A stretch of 47,776 bases of DNA from an uncultured Enterobacteriaceae bacterium (GTDB lineage Bacteria; Desulfobacterota; Binatia; UBA12015), in NCBI GenBank assembly GCA_964529315.1, contig CAZGUU010000003.1, positions 1 to 47,776 of the forward strand, read 5' to 3'. The translations under genes were made by a program, and so were the position numbers. Shown here in pieces: positions 38,566 through 46,351 of this stretch (its first letter is position 1; each line of letters opens with the position of its first letter). Under the pieces are notes generated by a model. It had not been told where the DNA came from, searched no databases, and saw nothing but the letters and a program-made list of their open reading frames with translations.

Positions 38566-39001
38566 TACCCTGCCTACTGGCCTCGGCGCGTGCCCATCTC
38601 GGGCTCCACCGGGCATGACGAGCCTCACGGCGATCGAGACCCGACTCGAACTCGCCTCGAGGCGCGAAACACAATCCCTGGACCGAAGTTGCGCGGCGCT
38701 CCCGGAGCCCTCGTCCAGCAAGCTAGACGATGCCCTCGCGAATCCGATTCACGCGCCCCTTCGCCGCCCCAAGGATCTCTCCTTGTAGCAGCGCTCGCCA
38801 GCCGTGTCAGCAGGTTTGTGAGAAGAACCCGCTCTTTTTTTTCGTCATCTGTGGCAAGCCCGGCTAATAGCTCGACCCGGCGGCCCGCGGAAGGCGGCTC
38901 CGGATTCACCCGGGCCTTGCGCCGCATCCCGGGCGCAACTACCAAGGGGTGCTCACGAATCCGGCCGCCATCTGCGGTCGGCCGGGAAGGGAAGGCTGGC
39001 C

Positions 39002-39238
39002 ATGGCGGAGAAGAAGCTCAGCAAGACAGCGCGCGCCTCCACGCGCGGCAAGGTCGTCCTAAAGGCTTGGCACGTGGACCGCGGCACCGGCGAGGCGGTG
39101 ACCCGAGTGAAGCTGGTCAACCACCTGATCGAGGGCAAGCCGACCACGCGCCTGGGTTGGGTGACCGAGGCCGGGAGAGTCCTGCTCGATCACCAGGTCG
39201 AGTACCGCTACGCGGACGGGGCTCGGGCCGCCGAGTAG
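39002..39238 (+). CDS. hypothetical small basic protein (78 aa)
   Basis: ORF 39002..39238(+), ATG start. GC3 is very high and the composition is balanced (MAEKKLSKTARASTRGKVVLKAWHVDRGTGEAV...). Its 3' end overlaps the convergent acyl-CoA ligase gene by 31 nt. No motif recognised. Confidence 0.5.
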   Translation: MAEKKLSKTARASTRGKVVLKAWHVDRGTGEAVTRVKLVNHLIEGKPTTRLGWVTEAGRVLLDHQVEYRYADGARAAE

Positions 39239-40854
39239 CCCGCCTCCTCGATCAGGGCTCGCTTGGCGACCTTTCCAGGCCCGATGCGCGGTAGGTCGTC
39301 GCGGAACTCGAAGCGCTGCGGGATCTTGTAGCCGGCCAGCGAAGCGCGCAGGAATGCCTCCAGGTCGTCGGCCGTGCAGGCCGCACCTGGGCGGCGGATC
39401 ACGAACGCCACGATGCTCTGCCCCAGGTGCTCGTCGGCGATGCCGACCACGGCGGCCTCGACGACATCGGGGTGCTCCGCCAGGCATTGCTCGATTTCGA
39501 CGGCGGCCACCTTGAATCCGCGACACTTCAGGACGTCCGTCGAGATCCGCCCGACGATGCGAACCGCTCCGTCCGCGTCACACACGGCCAGATCCCCGGT
39601 GCGCAACCAACCGTCGACCAGCACGCGCCGCGTCGCGACGGGATCGCGCCAGTAGCCGAGGAAGAGGCTGTCGCCGCGGAGCAGAAGCTCCCCGATTTCG
39701 CCTGGCCTGCAATCGACGATCTGCGGCCGCCCGGTGGCTGCCCACGACGCCGGCTCCTCGGTGCCCCATTGCTCCGCCCCACCGCGCTCCGCGTCGCCCA
39801 CGGGGGCTTCGGGCTCGGCGATGCGACACTCCACCCCGGGCACGGGCCACCCGACGCTTCCCGGCCGCTCGGCTCCGGGGCGGGTCGACAGGACGAAACC
39901 CGCCTCGCTCATGCCGAAGCGCTCGACGACTGCCGCCCCGAAACGCTCGCGGAAGCGGGTGGCAAGAGCCGGCGACAGCGGTGCCGAGCCACTCACCCAG
40001 AGACGCACGCCCGAAAGATCCCGCCCCGCGGTCACGTGCGACGGCAGATCGACCAGCCGCGCGTACATGGTGGGGACGCCGAAGAACAGCGTGGCCGCCT
40101 CCTCTTCCAGGTCTCGGACGACCTCGGGCGCGCGAAAGGCATCGCGCAGAACCAGGCTCGAGCCGACCACGGCGGTGGCCAGGCAACCCAGCGCAAGGCC
40201 GTGGAGGTGGAAGCACGGCAGCGTGAGCAGCAGCCGGTCGTTCACGCTCCACCGCCAGATGTCGGCGACGGCCCGCAAATTCGCGACCAGGGCCGCATGA
40301 GCGAGCAGCGCACCCTTGGGCCGACCCGTGGTGCCCGAGGTATAGACGAGCAGCGCCGGTGAGTCCGCAGACGGCGCGGGGAGCGCGCCACGCGGGGCGT
40401 CGTCCGCTGCGGGCTCGGCCAACCGGGGGTCTTGCGAAGCCAGGACCAGCCGTGCCCTGGGATGCCACCGACCGAGCGCGGCCGGCTCGACCAGCGCTGC
40501 GCTCACCTCGGCGTGCTCGAGGACATAGTCCGCCTCGGCGGCCGTCGCGTTCGGGTTCAGTGGCACCACGGTTGCCCCGGCGCGCAAGATGGCCAGCAGG
40601 CTAGCCAGGTGGGTCGGCGAGCTCATGAGGGCAAGCGCACAGCGATCCCCGGGACGCACCCCGCCCTCGAGCAGACCACGGGCGATCCGAGCGCTCCATG
40701 CCCCCAGCCCCGCAAACGTCCAGGAGCGCCTCTCGGCACCTCGACCGTGGATCAATGCAACGGCGCTGGCCCTGCGCGCGATCGTTTCGGCGAAGGCGCG
40801 GCTCAGCGTGGTCGGCGGCTGCGATCCCGAGCCGCCTCGTGCCCGACCGGTCAC
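39208..40854 (-). CDS. AMP-dependent synthetase/ligase (acyl-CoA synthetase, ANL superfamily)
   Basis: ORF 39208..40854(-), 548 aa, GTG start. AMP-binding motif LLVYTSGTTGRPKGALLAH. Later motifs are GWLRTGDLAV and PRIGPGKVAKR. Confidence 0.85.
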   Translation of the reverse strand: MTGRARGGSGSQPPTTLSRAFAETIARRASAVALIHGRGAERRSWTFAGLGAWSARIARGLLEGGVRPGDRCALALMSSPTHLASLLAILRAGATVVPLNPNATAAEADYVLEHAEVSAALVEPAALGRWHPRARLVLASQDPRLAEPAADDAPRGALPAPSADSPALLVYTSGTTGRPKGALLAHAALVANLRAVADIWRWSVNDRLLLTLPCFHLHGLALGCLATAVVGSSLVLRDAFRAPEVVRDLEEEAATLFFGVPTMYARLVDLPSHVTAGRDLSGVRLWVSGSAPLSPALATRFRERFGAAVVERFGMSEAGFVLSTRPGAERPGSVGWPVPGVECRIAEPEAPVGDAERGGAEQWGTEEPASWAATGRPQIVDCRPGEIGELLLRGDSLFLGYWRDPVATRRVLVDGWLRTGDLAVCDADGAVRIVGRISTDVLKCRGFKVAAVEIEQCLAEHPDVVEAAVVGIADEHLGQSIVAFVIRRPGAACTADDLEAFLRASLAGYKIPQRFEFRDDLPRIGPGKVAKRALIEEAGYSAARAPSA

Positions 40855-40905
40855 CTTCGCTGGGGCGGCGACACCGTACCGTCGCTCGATGCGGCGCGGC
40901 CGGCG

Positions 40906-41619
40906 TCAGGCTGCGCCATGATCGTCGCGCTCCAGCCCGACCAGGCGAATTCGCACCAGGGTCGATTCCTCGCGCACCTCGCAGGCACCCACCTCGCGGA
41001 CCCGCAGCCCGTGGCGCGACAGGGAGCCGAAGAACCCCCGGGTATCGACCCGTTGTGCGTCAGCCACCCAGAGAACCCCGCTCGGAGAGGTCGCTCGAGC
41101 CAAGGCGGCCCCCAATCGATCGAACTCCGCCGCCTCGTAGAGGAGCTCCGCTCCGAGCACGACGTCGAACGGCTCGGCGAAGTGTAGCTCGGCCGCGTCT
41201 CCGACGAGCGCGTCGAGCACGACACCGTTGGCCTCGGCGCTGGCCAGGACGAATTCCACGGCCGCCAGCTCGCGGTCGATCGCCGTCACCCTGGCGCCCA
41301 GGCGCGCCGCGGCAATCGCCAAGAGCCCCAGGCCGCAGCCCACGTCGAGCACCCGCTTGCCCGCACAGGGCACCCGCTCCGCAAGGTGTCGGCCGAGCAT
41401 CCGCGCCCCGCTCCACACCAAGGCCCAGTAGGGCGGCGCATAAGCGTCGTCCGACAGGAGGCGCTGTCGGTCCAGTCGGCCCTCGAGGTCGCGAACGGTC
41501 ACCAGGGGGACGTTGAGCGCGCCCAGGTCGAAGGCTTCCACCTGGGTCGGGTAGCCGGCGATGGTCGCGGGAATCTGCGCTGCGCGCGCCGTGCCCTGCA
41601 CGCTCATGGCCGCGGTCAT
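40906..41619 (-). CDS. class I SAM-dependent methyltransferase
   Basis: ORF 40906..41859(-) trimmed to ATG 41619, which forms an ATGA overlap with the murJ stop. SAM motif I is RVLDVGCGLGLLAIAAARLGA, followed by VTAIDRE. Confidence 0.7.
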   Translation of the reverse strand: MTAAMSVQGTARAAQIPATIAGYPTQVEAFDLGALNVPLVTVRDLEGRLDRQRLLSDDAYAPPYWALVWSGARMLGRHLAERVPCAGKRVLDVGCGLGLLAIAAARLGARVTAIDRELAAVEFVLASAEANGVVLDALVGDAAELHFAEPFDVVLGAELLYEAAEFDRLGAALARATSPSGVLWVADAQRVDTRGFFGSLSRHGLRVREVGACEVREESTLVRIRLVGLERDDHGAA

Positions 41620-43334
41620 ATCACCCGCCCCGTGCCGCGCCAGCCCAGCGCTCGGCCGCCCCGCGCAAGGAGTTCTCGAACCTCGTCGACGCCCAGTGCC
41701 GACGCCGAAAGGGCGAATCCGGCAGCACCGAGCGGCACCGCCGTCCCCACCACGAGCGCCCGGCCGGTCAGGGACTCGAGAGCGACCACCCAGCCCACGG
41801 CGCTCTTCACTCCCAGACAGAGCGCGCCCGTGACGGCGCTCGCCAGGCAGAGCCGCCACAGAGCCTCCCCCACCCCGGCCAACCCACCAACGCGACGGCG
41901 CAGGACGAAGAACAGGATCAGCAGATTGAGAACGGCGACCGCCGAGGTCGCCAGCGCGAGCCCTGTGTGTCCAAACCCGAGCTGGTGGATCGTGATCCAG
42001 TTCAGCCCGGCATTGAGGACGATCGACACACAGCTCACCAGCGCCGGGGTGCGGGCATCGCCCAGCGCGTAGAAGGCCGGGACCAGGACCTTGATGTTCG
42101 CGTACCCCGCCAGCCCGATCGAGTACGCGACCAGCGCACGCGCGGCCATCTGCGTGTCGTGCGGCGTGAACCGTCCGTGCTGGTAGACGATTCCGATCAC
42201 CTCCGGGGCCAGCGCCGCCAGACCCGCGGCCGCCGGCAGGCAGAGCGCAAAGACCAGCCGGAGCGCGCGAACGATGGTCGCGTCGAACCCGGCGAGATCG
42301 TCGCGCGCCGCGCTTCGCGATACCGCCGGCAGCGCGACCACCCCGACCGCCACGCCGAACAGGCCGATCGGCAGCTGCATGAAGCGGAAGGCGACGTTCA
42401 GCCAGGACACCGCCCCGTCCCCGAGATACGAGGCGAAATTGCTATTGACTAGAACGTTGACCTGCACCGCGGCCGCGCCGATCGTCGCCGGCGCCATCAG
42501 CGCCAGCACCTGCCTCACCCCCGGGTCGGAGAACGAGAGCATGGGACGGTAGCGGTAGCGGATGCGGTGCAGCGACGGCAGCTGGACGAGCAGCTGGAGC
42601 AATCCGCCGGCCAGAGTGCCGATCGCCATGCCGACGATCGCGCGTGCCACCGCGTCGGGGGCTTGCAAGGACGCCTCCCGCGCCCCATGGCGCCAGACCG
42701 CCCCCATGTAGTCGGGGGCGAGAGCGATCGCGGCCAGCAGCCCGACGATGATCGAGCCCAGGTTGAAGAAGCTCGACGCCGACGCCGGCACGCCGAACCG
42801 CTCGCGGGCGTTCAGCATGCCCATGGCCACGGCGGCCAGCGCGACGAGCAGCAGAAACGGGAACATCAGCCGCGTCAGATGGACGGTGAGCTCGCTCTTG
42901 CCGGGAACGGCGGCGAAGCCGGGCGCGATCAGCTCGACCAGGGCCGGCGCGGCGACGATGCCGAGAAGCACGATGCAGCCGACCACGACCACGAGTGCGT
43001 GAATCACCAGATTCGCCAGGCGCCAGGCCGCGGCTTCCCCCTCGCGCGCGAGCTTCTGCGTGAAGCATGCGACGAAGGCCGCCGAGAGGGCGCCCTCGGC
43101 GAACAGATCGCGGAACAGGTTGGGGATGCGAAATGCAGTGATGAAGGCGTCGAGCTCACGGCTCGCGCCGAAGAAGCCGGCGAACACCTGCTCGCGGACC
43201 AGGCCGAGGATGCGGCTGGCCAAGACCGCCGCGCCGACCACCCCGGCCGATCGCCCGAGGCTCTCACCCGAGGAGATCCGCCGAGCCCCGGCTCCGCTCG
43301 CCGGCGCGGGATCGGGCTGGTCTGCGCCGGACAT
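41616..43334 (-). CDS. murJ: lipid II flippase MurJ (MviN)
   Basis: ORF 41616..43808(-) trimmed to ATG 43334. Contains LASRILGLVREQVFAGFFGASRELDAFITAFRIPNLFRDLFAEGALSAAFV. About 14 hydrophobic segments. Confidence 0.88.
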   Translation of the reverse strand: MSGADQPDPAPASGAGARRISSGESLGRSAGVVGAAVLASRILGLVREQVFAGFFGASRELDAFITAFRIPNLFRDLFAEGALSAAFVACFTQKLAREGEAAAWRLANLVIHALVVVVGCIVLLGIVAAPALVELIAPGFAAVPGKSELTVHLTRLMFPFLLLVALAAVAMGMLNARERFGVPASASSFFNLGSIIVGLLAAIALAPDYMGAVWRHGAREASLQAPDAVARAIVGMAIGTLAGGLLQLLVQLPSLHRIRYRYRPMLSFSDPGVRQVLALMAPATIGAAAVQVNVLVNSNFASYLGDGAVSWLNVAFRFMQLPIGLFGVAVGVVALPAVSRSAARDDLAGFDATIVRALRLVFALCLPAAAGLAALAPEVIGIVYQHGRFTPHDTQMAARALVAYSIGLAGYANIKVLVPAFYALGDARTPALVSCVSIVLNAGLNWITIHQLGFGHTGLALATSAVAVLNLLILFFVLRRRVGGLAGVGEALWRLCLASAVTGALCLGVKSAVGWVVALESLTGRALVVGTAVPLGAAGFALSASALGVDEVRELLARGGRALGWRGTGRVI

Positions 43335-43476
43335 CGCGCAGCCAGCTACCACGTCCCGCCCCCGGGGCAAGCGCCGTGGCCACGGGGGCTCTCGCCGGCC
43401 TGCTCTCCGAGCGGACACCCCAGGCTCCCCTCGCTCCCTCATCTCGCAGCTCGGAGGCCCGCTCGGGATCTCGTCA

Positions 43477-43500
43477 CCACGACGGGGACCACGACGGGGA
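43477..43500. repeat. perfect tandem direct repeat 2 x CCACGACGGGGA
   Basis: Units at 43477-43488 and 43489-43500. The repeat ends 2 nt upstream of the tatA -35 hexamer. Confidence 0.97.
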
Positions 43501-43502
43501 GC

Positions 43503-43531
43503 TTGACAGGAGCACGCGCGAGAGATCGAAT
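43503..43531 (+). promoter_or_regulatory. sigma-70-type promoter of tatA: TTGACA-N17-TCGAAT, positioned for a leaderless or near-leaderless transcript
   Basis: Consensus -35 TTGACA at 43503-43508, an exact 17-nt spacer, then -10 TCGAAT at 43526-43531. The tatA ATG begins at 43539, 7 nt after the -10. There is no SD in between. Confidence 0.45.
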
Positions 43532-43538
43532 CCGTTCC

Positions 43539-43757
43539 ATGTTCGGCCTCGGCATCCCGGAACTCGTCGTCATCCTGGTGATCGCTCTGCTCGTCCTGGG
43601 CCCGGGAAAGCTCCCCGAGGTGGGCAAGTTCCTGGGCAAGTCGTTGCGTGACTTCCGCGACGCACTCGAGCACCGGCACGACGACGAGGCAGCCGACCAG
43701 GGAGCCGCTCCGCCCGCGCGCCCGGAGGCGTCCCCGCCGGACAAGGGCACCAGCTAG
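43539..43757 (+). CDS. tatA: twin-arginine translocase subunit TatA/E
   Basis: C-terminal 72 aa of ORF 42567..43757(+), from ATG 43539: MFGLGIPELVVILVIALLVLGPGKLPEVGKFLGKSLRDFR. Confidence 0.9.
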   Translation: MFGLGIPELVVILVIALLVLGPGKLPEVGKFLGKSLRDFRDALEHRHDDEAADQGAAPPARPEASPPDKGTS

Positions 43758-43785
43758 CCGTCCCGGCCAAGGCTCGAGGGACGGC
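43757..43785 (+). terminator. candidate hairpin immediately after the tatA stop
   Basis: GCCGTCCC (43757-43764) pairs with GGGACGGC (43778-43785) around a 13-nt loop. There is no U-tract. Confidence 0.3.
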
Positions 43786-43869
43786 CCTGGTGGATGGACC
43801 GGGAGCACGAGCCTTGAGCCAACCCGCGCCGGGCCGCCCTTGCGATGAGCAGGAGCGCGCCGGGGAGCC

Positions 43870-44871
43870 TCAGAAGCCGACGGCCGAAACCACGCGACCG
43901 TACCGGTCGATGGTCACCGCCCGTCCCTGGTCGTAGTACCAGGTGACCGGCCCGGGGGCCTCGCCCGAGACGCGCAGCGGCTCGCCGAACACGCGCACGA
44001 CACGCTCCGCCGTCCAGCCGCGCCGGACTCGATGCAGGGTCGGCGACGAGCTCCCCGGAACCACGTAGGACGGCAGGCCGCCGACGGCAGGCCCGTCGCC
44101 GCCGCCAGAGGCGGCCGCTAGGGCCTCTTCCGCCTCGGCGAGCCGGTCGTCGAGCGCCGCCACTCGATCCTCGAGCGCCGCGACCTGCCCCAAGAGCCCC
44201 GCGATCTCCTGGCGGAGCAGCTGCATCTCGGCGGACAGGCTCACCCCGACCTCTGCTTCGCGATCGGGCGCCTCGCCAGGCACCGACGGGAGCCCGAGCC
44301 GCGCGGCCGCCTCTTGCGCGGCGAGCGCCGCAGGCGCGCCGGGAGACGGCGTAGCGCCAGCCGGCGCCGCGGAGCCCCCCCCCGCAACCAGCGCTCGGCC
44401 GTCCACGGACGCGGAGAGGATGGTCGACGCACTGCGCGGCCCGTCCAGCGTCTCGATCGAAGCGGCGTCGAGCACCTCGATGCGTGGCCGCCCGCCCCGC
44501 TCACCCACGACGCCACGAGCCCGGATGCGTCGGCCCTCGTAGGTTCCCTTGGGATCGGGCAAGCGCGCCGCAACCGGCCCCGTGATCGCCACGATCAGGC
44601 CGCCGAAGCCAGGCTCGAAGGACAGCAGGCACGCCTGCGGCGAGCAGGCGACGCTCTCCACCTGCGCCTCGACCACCACCTTGCGCCCGAGGTGCTGCGC
44701 GGCCTCGCCGGGACGGATGGTCGGCGCGTCGCTTGGGTCCGTCGCACCGGCGGGGGCCGCCGCAATGCACAGCGCCAGCGCAAGCGCAGCAGCGGCTTGT
44801 CCACTGCGGCCCGCTACCCTACCCTGGCATCGCCTCGAGGGAGCTCCGTCGATGTCGAGCACGTCCACCAT
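43870..44871 (-). CDS. hypothetical secreted protein (signal peptide, OB-fold-like N-domain, coiled coil, BamE/SmpA-like C-terminal domain)
   Basis: ORF 43870..44886(-). The ATG at 44871 is preferred over the GTG at 44886. Signal-like AAAALALALCIAAAPAGA. Heptad-like LLRQEIAGLLGQVAALEDRVAALDDRLAEAEEAL. The C-terminus WTAERVVRVFGEPLRV...WYYDQGRAVTIDRYGRVVSAVGF resembles BamE/SmpA_OmlA. Confidence 0.55.
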   Translation of the reverse strand: MVDVLDIDGAPSRRCQGRVAGRSGQAAAALALALCIAAAPAGATDPSDAPTIRPGEAAQHLGRKVVVEAQVESVACSPQACLLSFEPGFGGLIVAITGPVAARLPDPKGTYEGRRIRARGVVGERGGRPRIEVLDAASIETLDGPRSASTILSASVDGRALVAGGGSAAPAGATPSPGAPAALAAQEAAARLGLPSVPGEAPDREAEVGVSLSAEMQLLRQEIAGLLGQVAALEDRVAALDDRLAEAEEALAAASGGGDGPAVGGLPSYVVPGSSSPTLHRVRRGWTAERVVRVFGEPLRVSGEAPGPVTWYYDQGRAVTIDRYGRVVSAVGF

Positions 44872-45178
44872 CCGATCCACCAGCACGGTCGGACGCTACG
44901 CCCTGGGCGTGGACTGGTCCGACGGTCACGAGTCCATCCTGCCGTTCACCAACCTTCGCGCGCACTGCCCGTGCGATGCCTGCGAGGCCCTACGTGCCGC
45001 GGACCGCGCTCCCGGCGCGCCCGGCATCGAGCTGCTCGCCGTCGAGGCGATCGGCGAAGCGAGCATCTTCCTGCACTGGAGCGACGGGCACGAGACGATC
45101 TATCTGCTGCCCGAGCTCCGCGCGCTGTGCCGCTGCGCCTACTGCATCGGCGAGCCCGAGCGACCCATCACCGGGTGA
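44852..45178 (+). CDS. DUF971-domain protein
   Basis: C-terminal 108 aa of ORF 44549..45178(+), from ATG 44852. It has a duplicated half-motif, DWSDGHESILPFTNLRAHCPC and HWSDGHETIYLLPELRALCRCAYC. Confidence 0.7.
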   Translation: MSSTSTIRSTSTVGRYALGVDWSDGHESILPFTNLRAHCPCDACEALRAADRAPGAPGIELLAVEAIGEASIFLHWSDGHETIYLLPELRALCRCAYCIGEPERPITG

Positions 45179-45347
45179 GTGGCGCGAGCTGCGGCGTCCG
45201 GCCGCAGCGAGCCGCACATCCCTGCCGCCGCAGGCCCCTCGATCCTCCGCCGAGTCCATGGCTCGCCCGATCGCGCACGGATCGCTATCACAGCGAGGCC
45301 CCCCGATCACCCGGCGGGGCCGAGCAGAGCCCAAGAAGGGGGGGTGC

Positions 45348-45959
45348 GTGTCCATCCTGGTATTGCTCCGTCACGGCGAATCGCAGTGGAACCTCGAGAA
45401 CCGGTTCACCGGTTGGGTGGACGTACCACTCACGGAAAAGGGAAGGCAGGAGGCCTACCTCGCCGGCCGCCGGCTGCGCGAGACGGGCATCCCGTTTGCG
45501 CGCTGCTTCACCTCGGACCTGCAGCGCGCCCAGGAGACGCTGCGCATCGCCCTCGAGGAGATGGGCGCAAGCGACCTCCCCATCGAGCGCGACAAGGCGT
45601 TGAACGAGCGCCACTACGGCGACCTGCAAGGGCTCGACAAAGCCGAGACGGCAAAGAAGTTCGGCGCGGAGCAGGTCCACGTCTGGCGGCGCAGCTACGA
45701 CGTCGCCCCTCCCGGCGGCGAGAGCCTGAAGGACACCGCCGCGCGCACCCTGCCCTACTTCACCGCGCAAATCGCTCCGGCGCTCGACCGCGGCGAGAAC
45801 GTGCTGGTGGTCGCACACGGCAACAGCCTGCGGTCGATCGTCATGGATCTCGAGAAGCTCACCCGGGAGCAAGTGCTCGAGCTGAACCTCGCCACCGGCG
45901 TGCCGATCGTCTACGAGCTCGGCCCCGGGCTACAGATCGTGAGCAAGCGGATTCTCTGA
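45348..45959 (+). CDS. gpmA: 2,3-bisphosphoglycerate-dependent phosphoglycerate mutase
   Basis: Tail of ORF 44733..45959(+), from GTG 45348, with GAAGGGGGG upstream. Contains LVLLRHGESQWNLENRFTGWVDVPLTEKG, ERHYG and VVAHGNSLR. Confidence 0.88.
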   Translation: MSILVLLRHGESQWNLENRFTGWVDVPLTEKGRQEAYLAGRRLRETGIPFARCFTSDLQRAQETLRIALEEMGASDLPIERDKALNERHYGDLQGLDKAETAKKFGAEQVHVWRRSYDVAPPGGESLKDTAARTLPYFTAQIAPALDRGENVLVVAHGNSLRSIVMDLEKLTREQVLELNLATGVPIVYELGPGLQIVSKRIL

Positions 45960-46157
45960 TCCCGAACGCCTCGCCTACCGCCCGTCACGCCAGGCGCGAA
46001 GCCCTGCGTCGCCACCCGGCTCGAGCACGGCGCTCACCCCCGAGCGACGTGCAGCTGCCGTCAAGGAACCGACGCCAGGGCGCCGGAGGTGCCAGGACGG
46101 CGACCTGCGCCACGCCATGCAGATGGCAAATGCCACGTCCTCCACGCCCCGAGGTGC

Positions 46158-46173
46158 TGGCACGGTCAGTGCA
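46158..46173 (+). promoter_or_regulatory. sigma-54 (RpoN)-type -24/-12 promoter motif TGGCACGGTCAGTGCA
   Basis: Matches TGGCACG-N4-TTGCW in 11 of the 12 specified positions (T to G at the first T of TTGC). GG and GC have the correct spacing. It lies in a 392-nt gap with no assigned gene, and an ATG follows at 46187. Confidence 0.35.
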
Positions 46174-46351
46174 TGGAGCTCTTGCCATGAACCGATCCTT
46201 TGCCAACAAGATGTCCGTGCGCCGGCCGCAGCGGCGCCTGCTCGCCGCCGGGGCCAGGATTCGCGGCCAGTGGCGCTATCTGGTGCGTTCGACCTGCGAT
46301 CCCCTGACCGTCGTTCCCACCGCCCCGCGGCGGTCGGCTACCCGGTGTGAA

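Noticed and set aside
38835-38842. The T8 run, considered as the U-tract of an intrinsic terminator.
   Set aside because: No stable GC stem precedes it; the best candidate is a 3-bp stem. No plus-strand gene ends upstream of it. It is more plausibly an A-tract in the sigma-gene promoter region.
45975-46209. Minus-strand ORFs of 62 and 74 aa in the gpmA-hydrolase gap.
   Set aside because: GC3 is mediocre for this genome, the composition is Arg-rich, there is no SD and no motif was recognised. The evidence is insufficient to call them genes.
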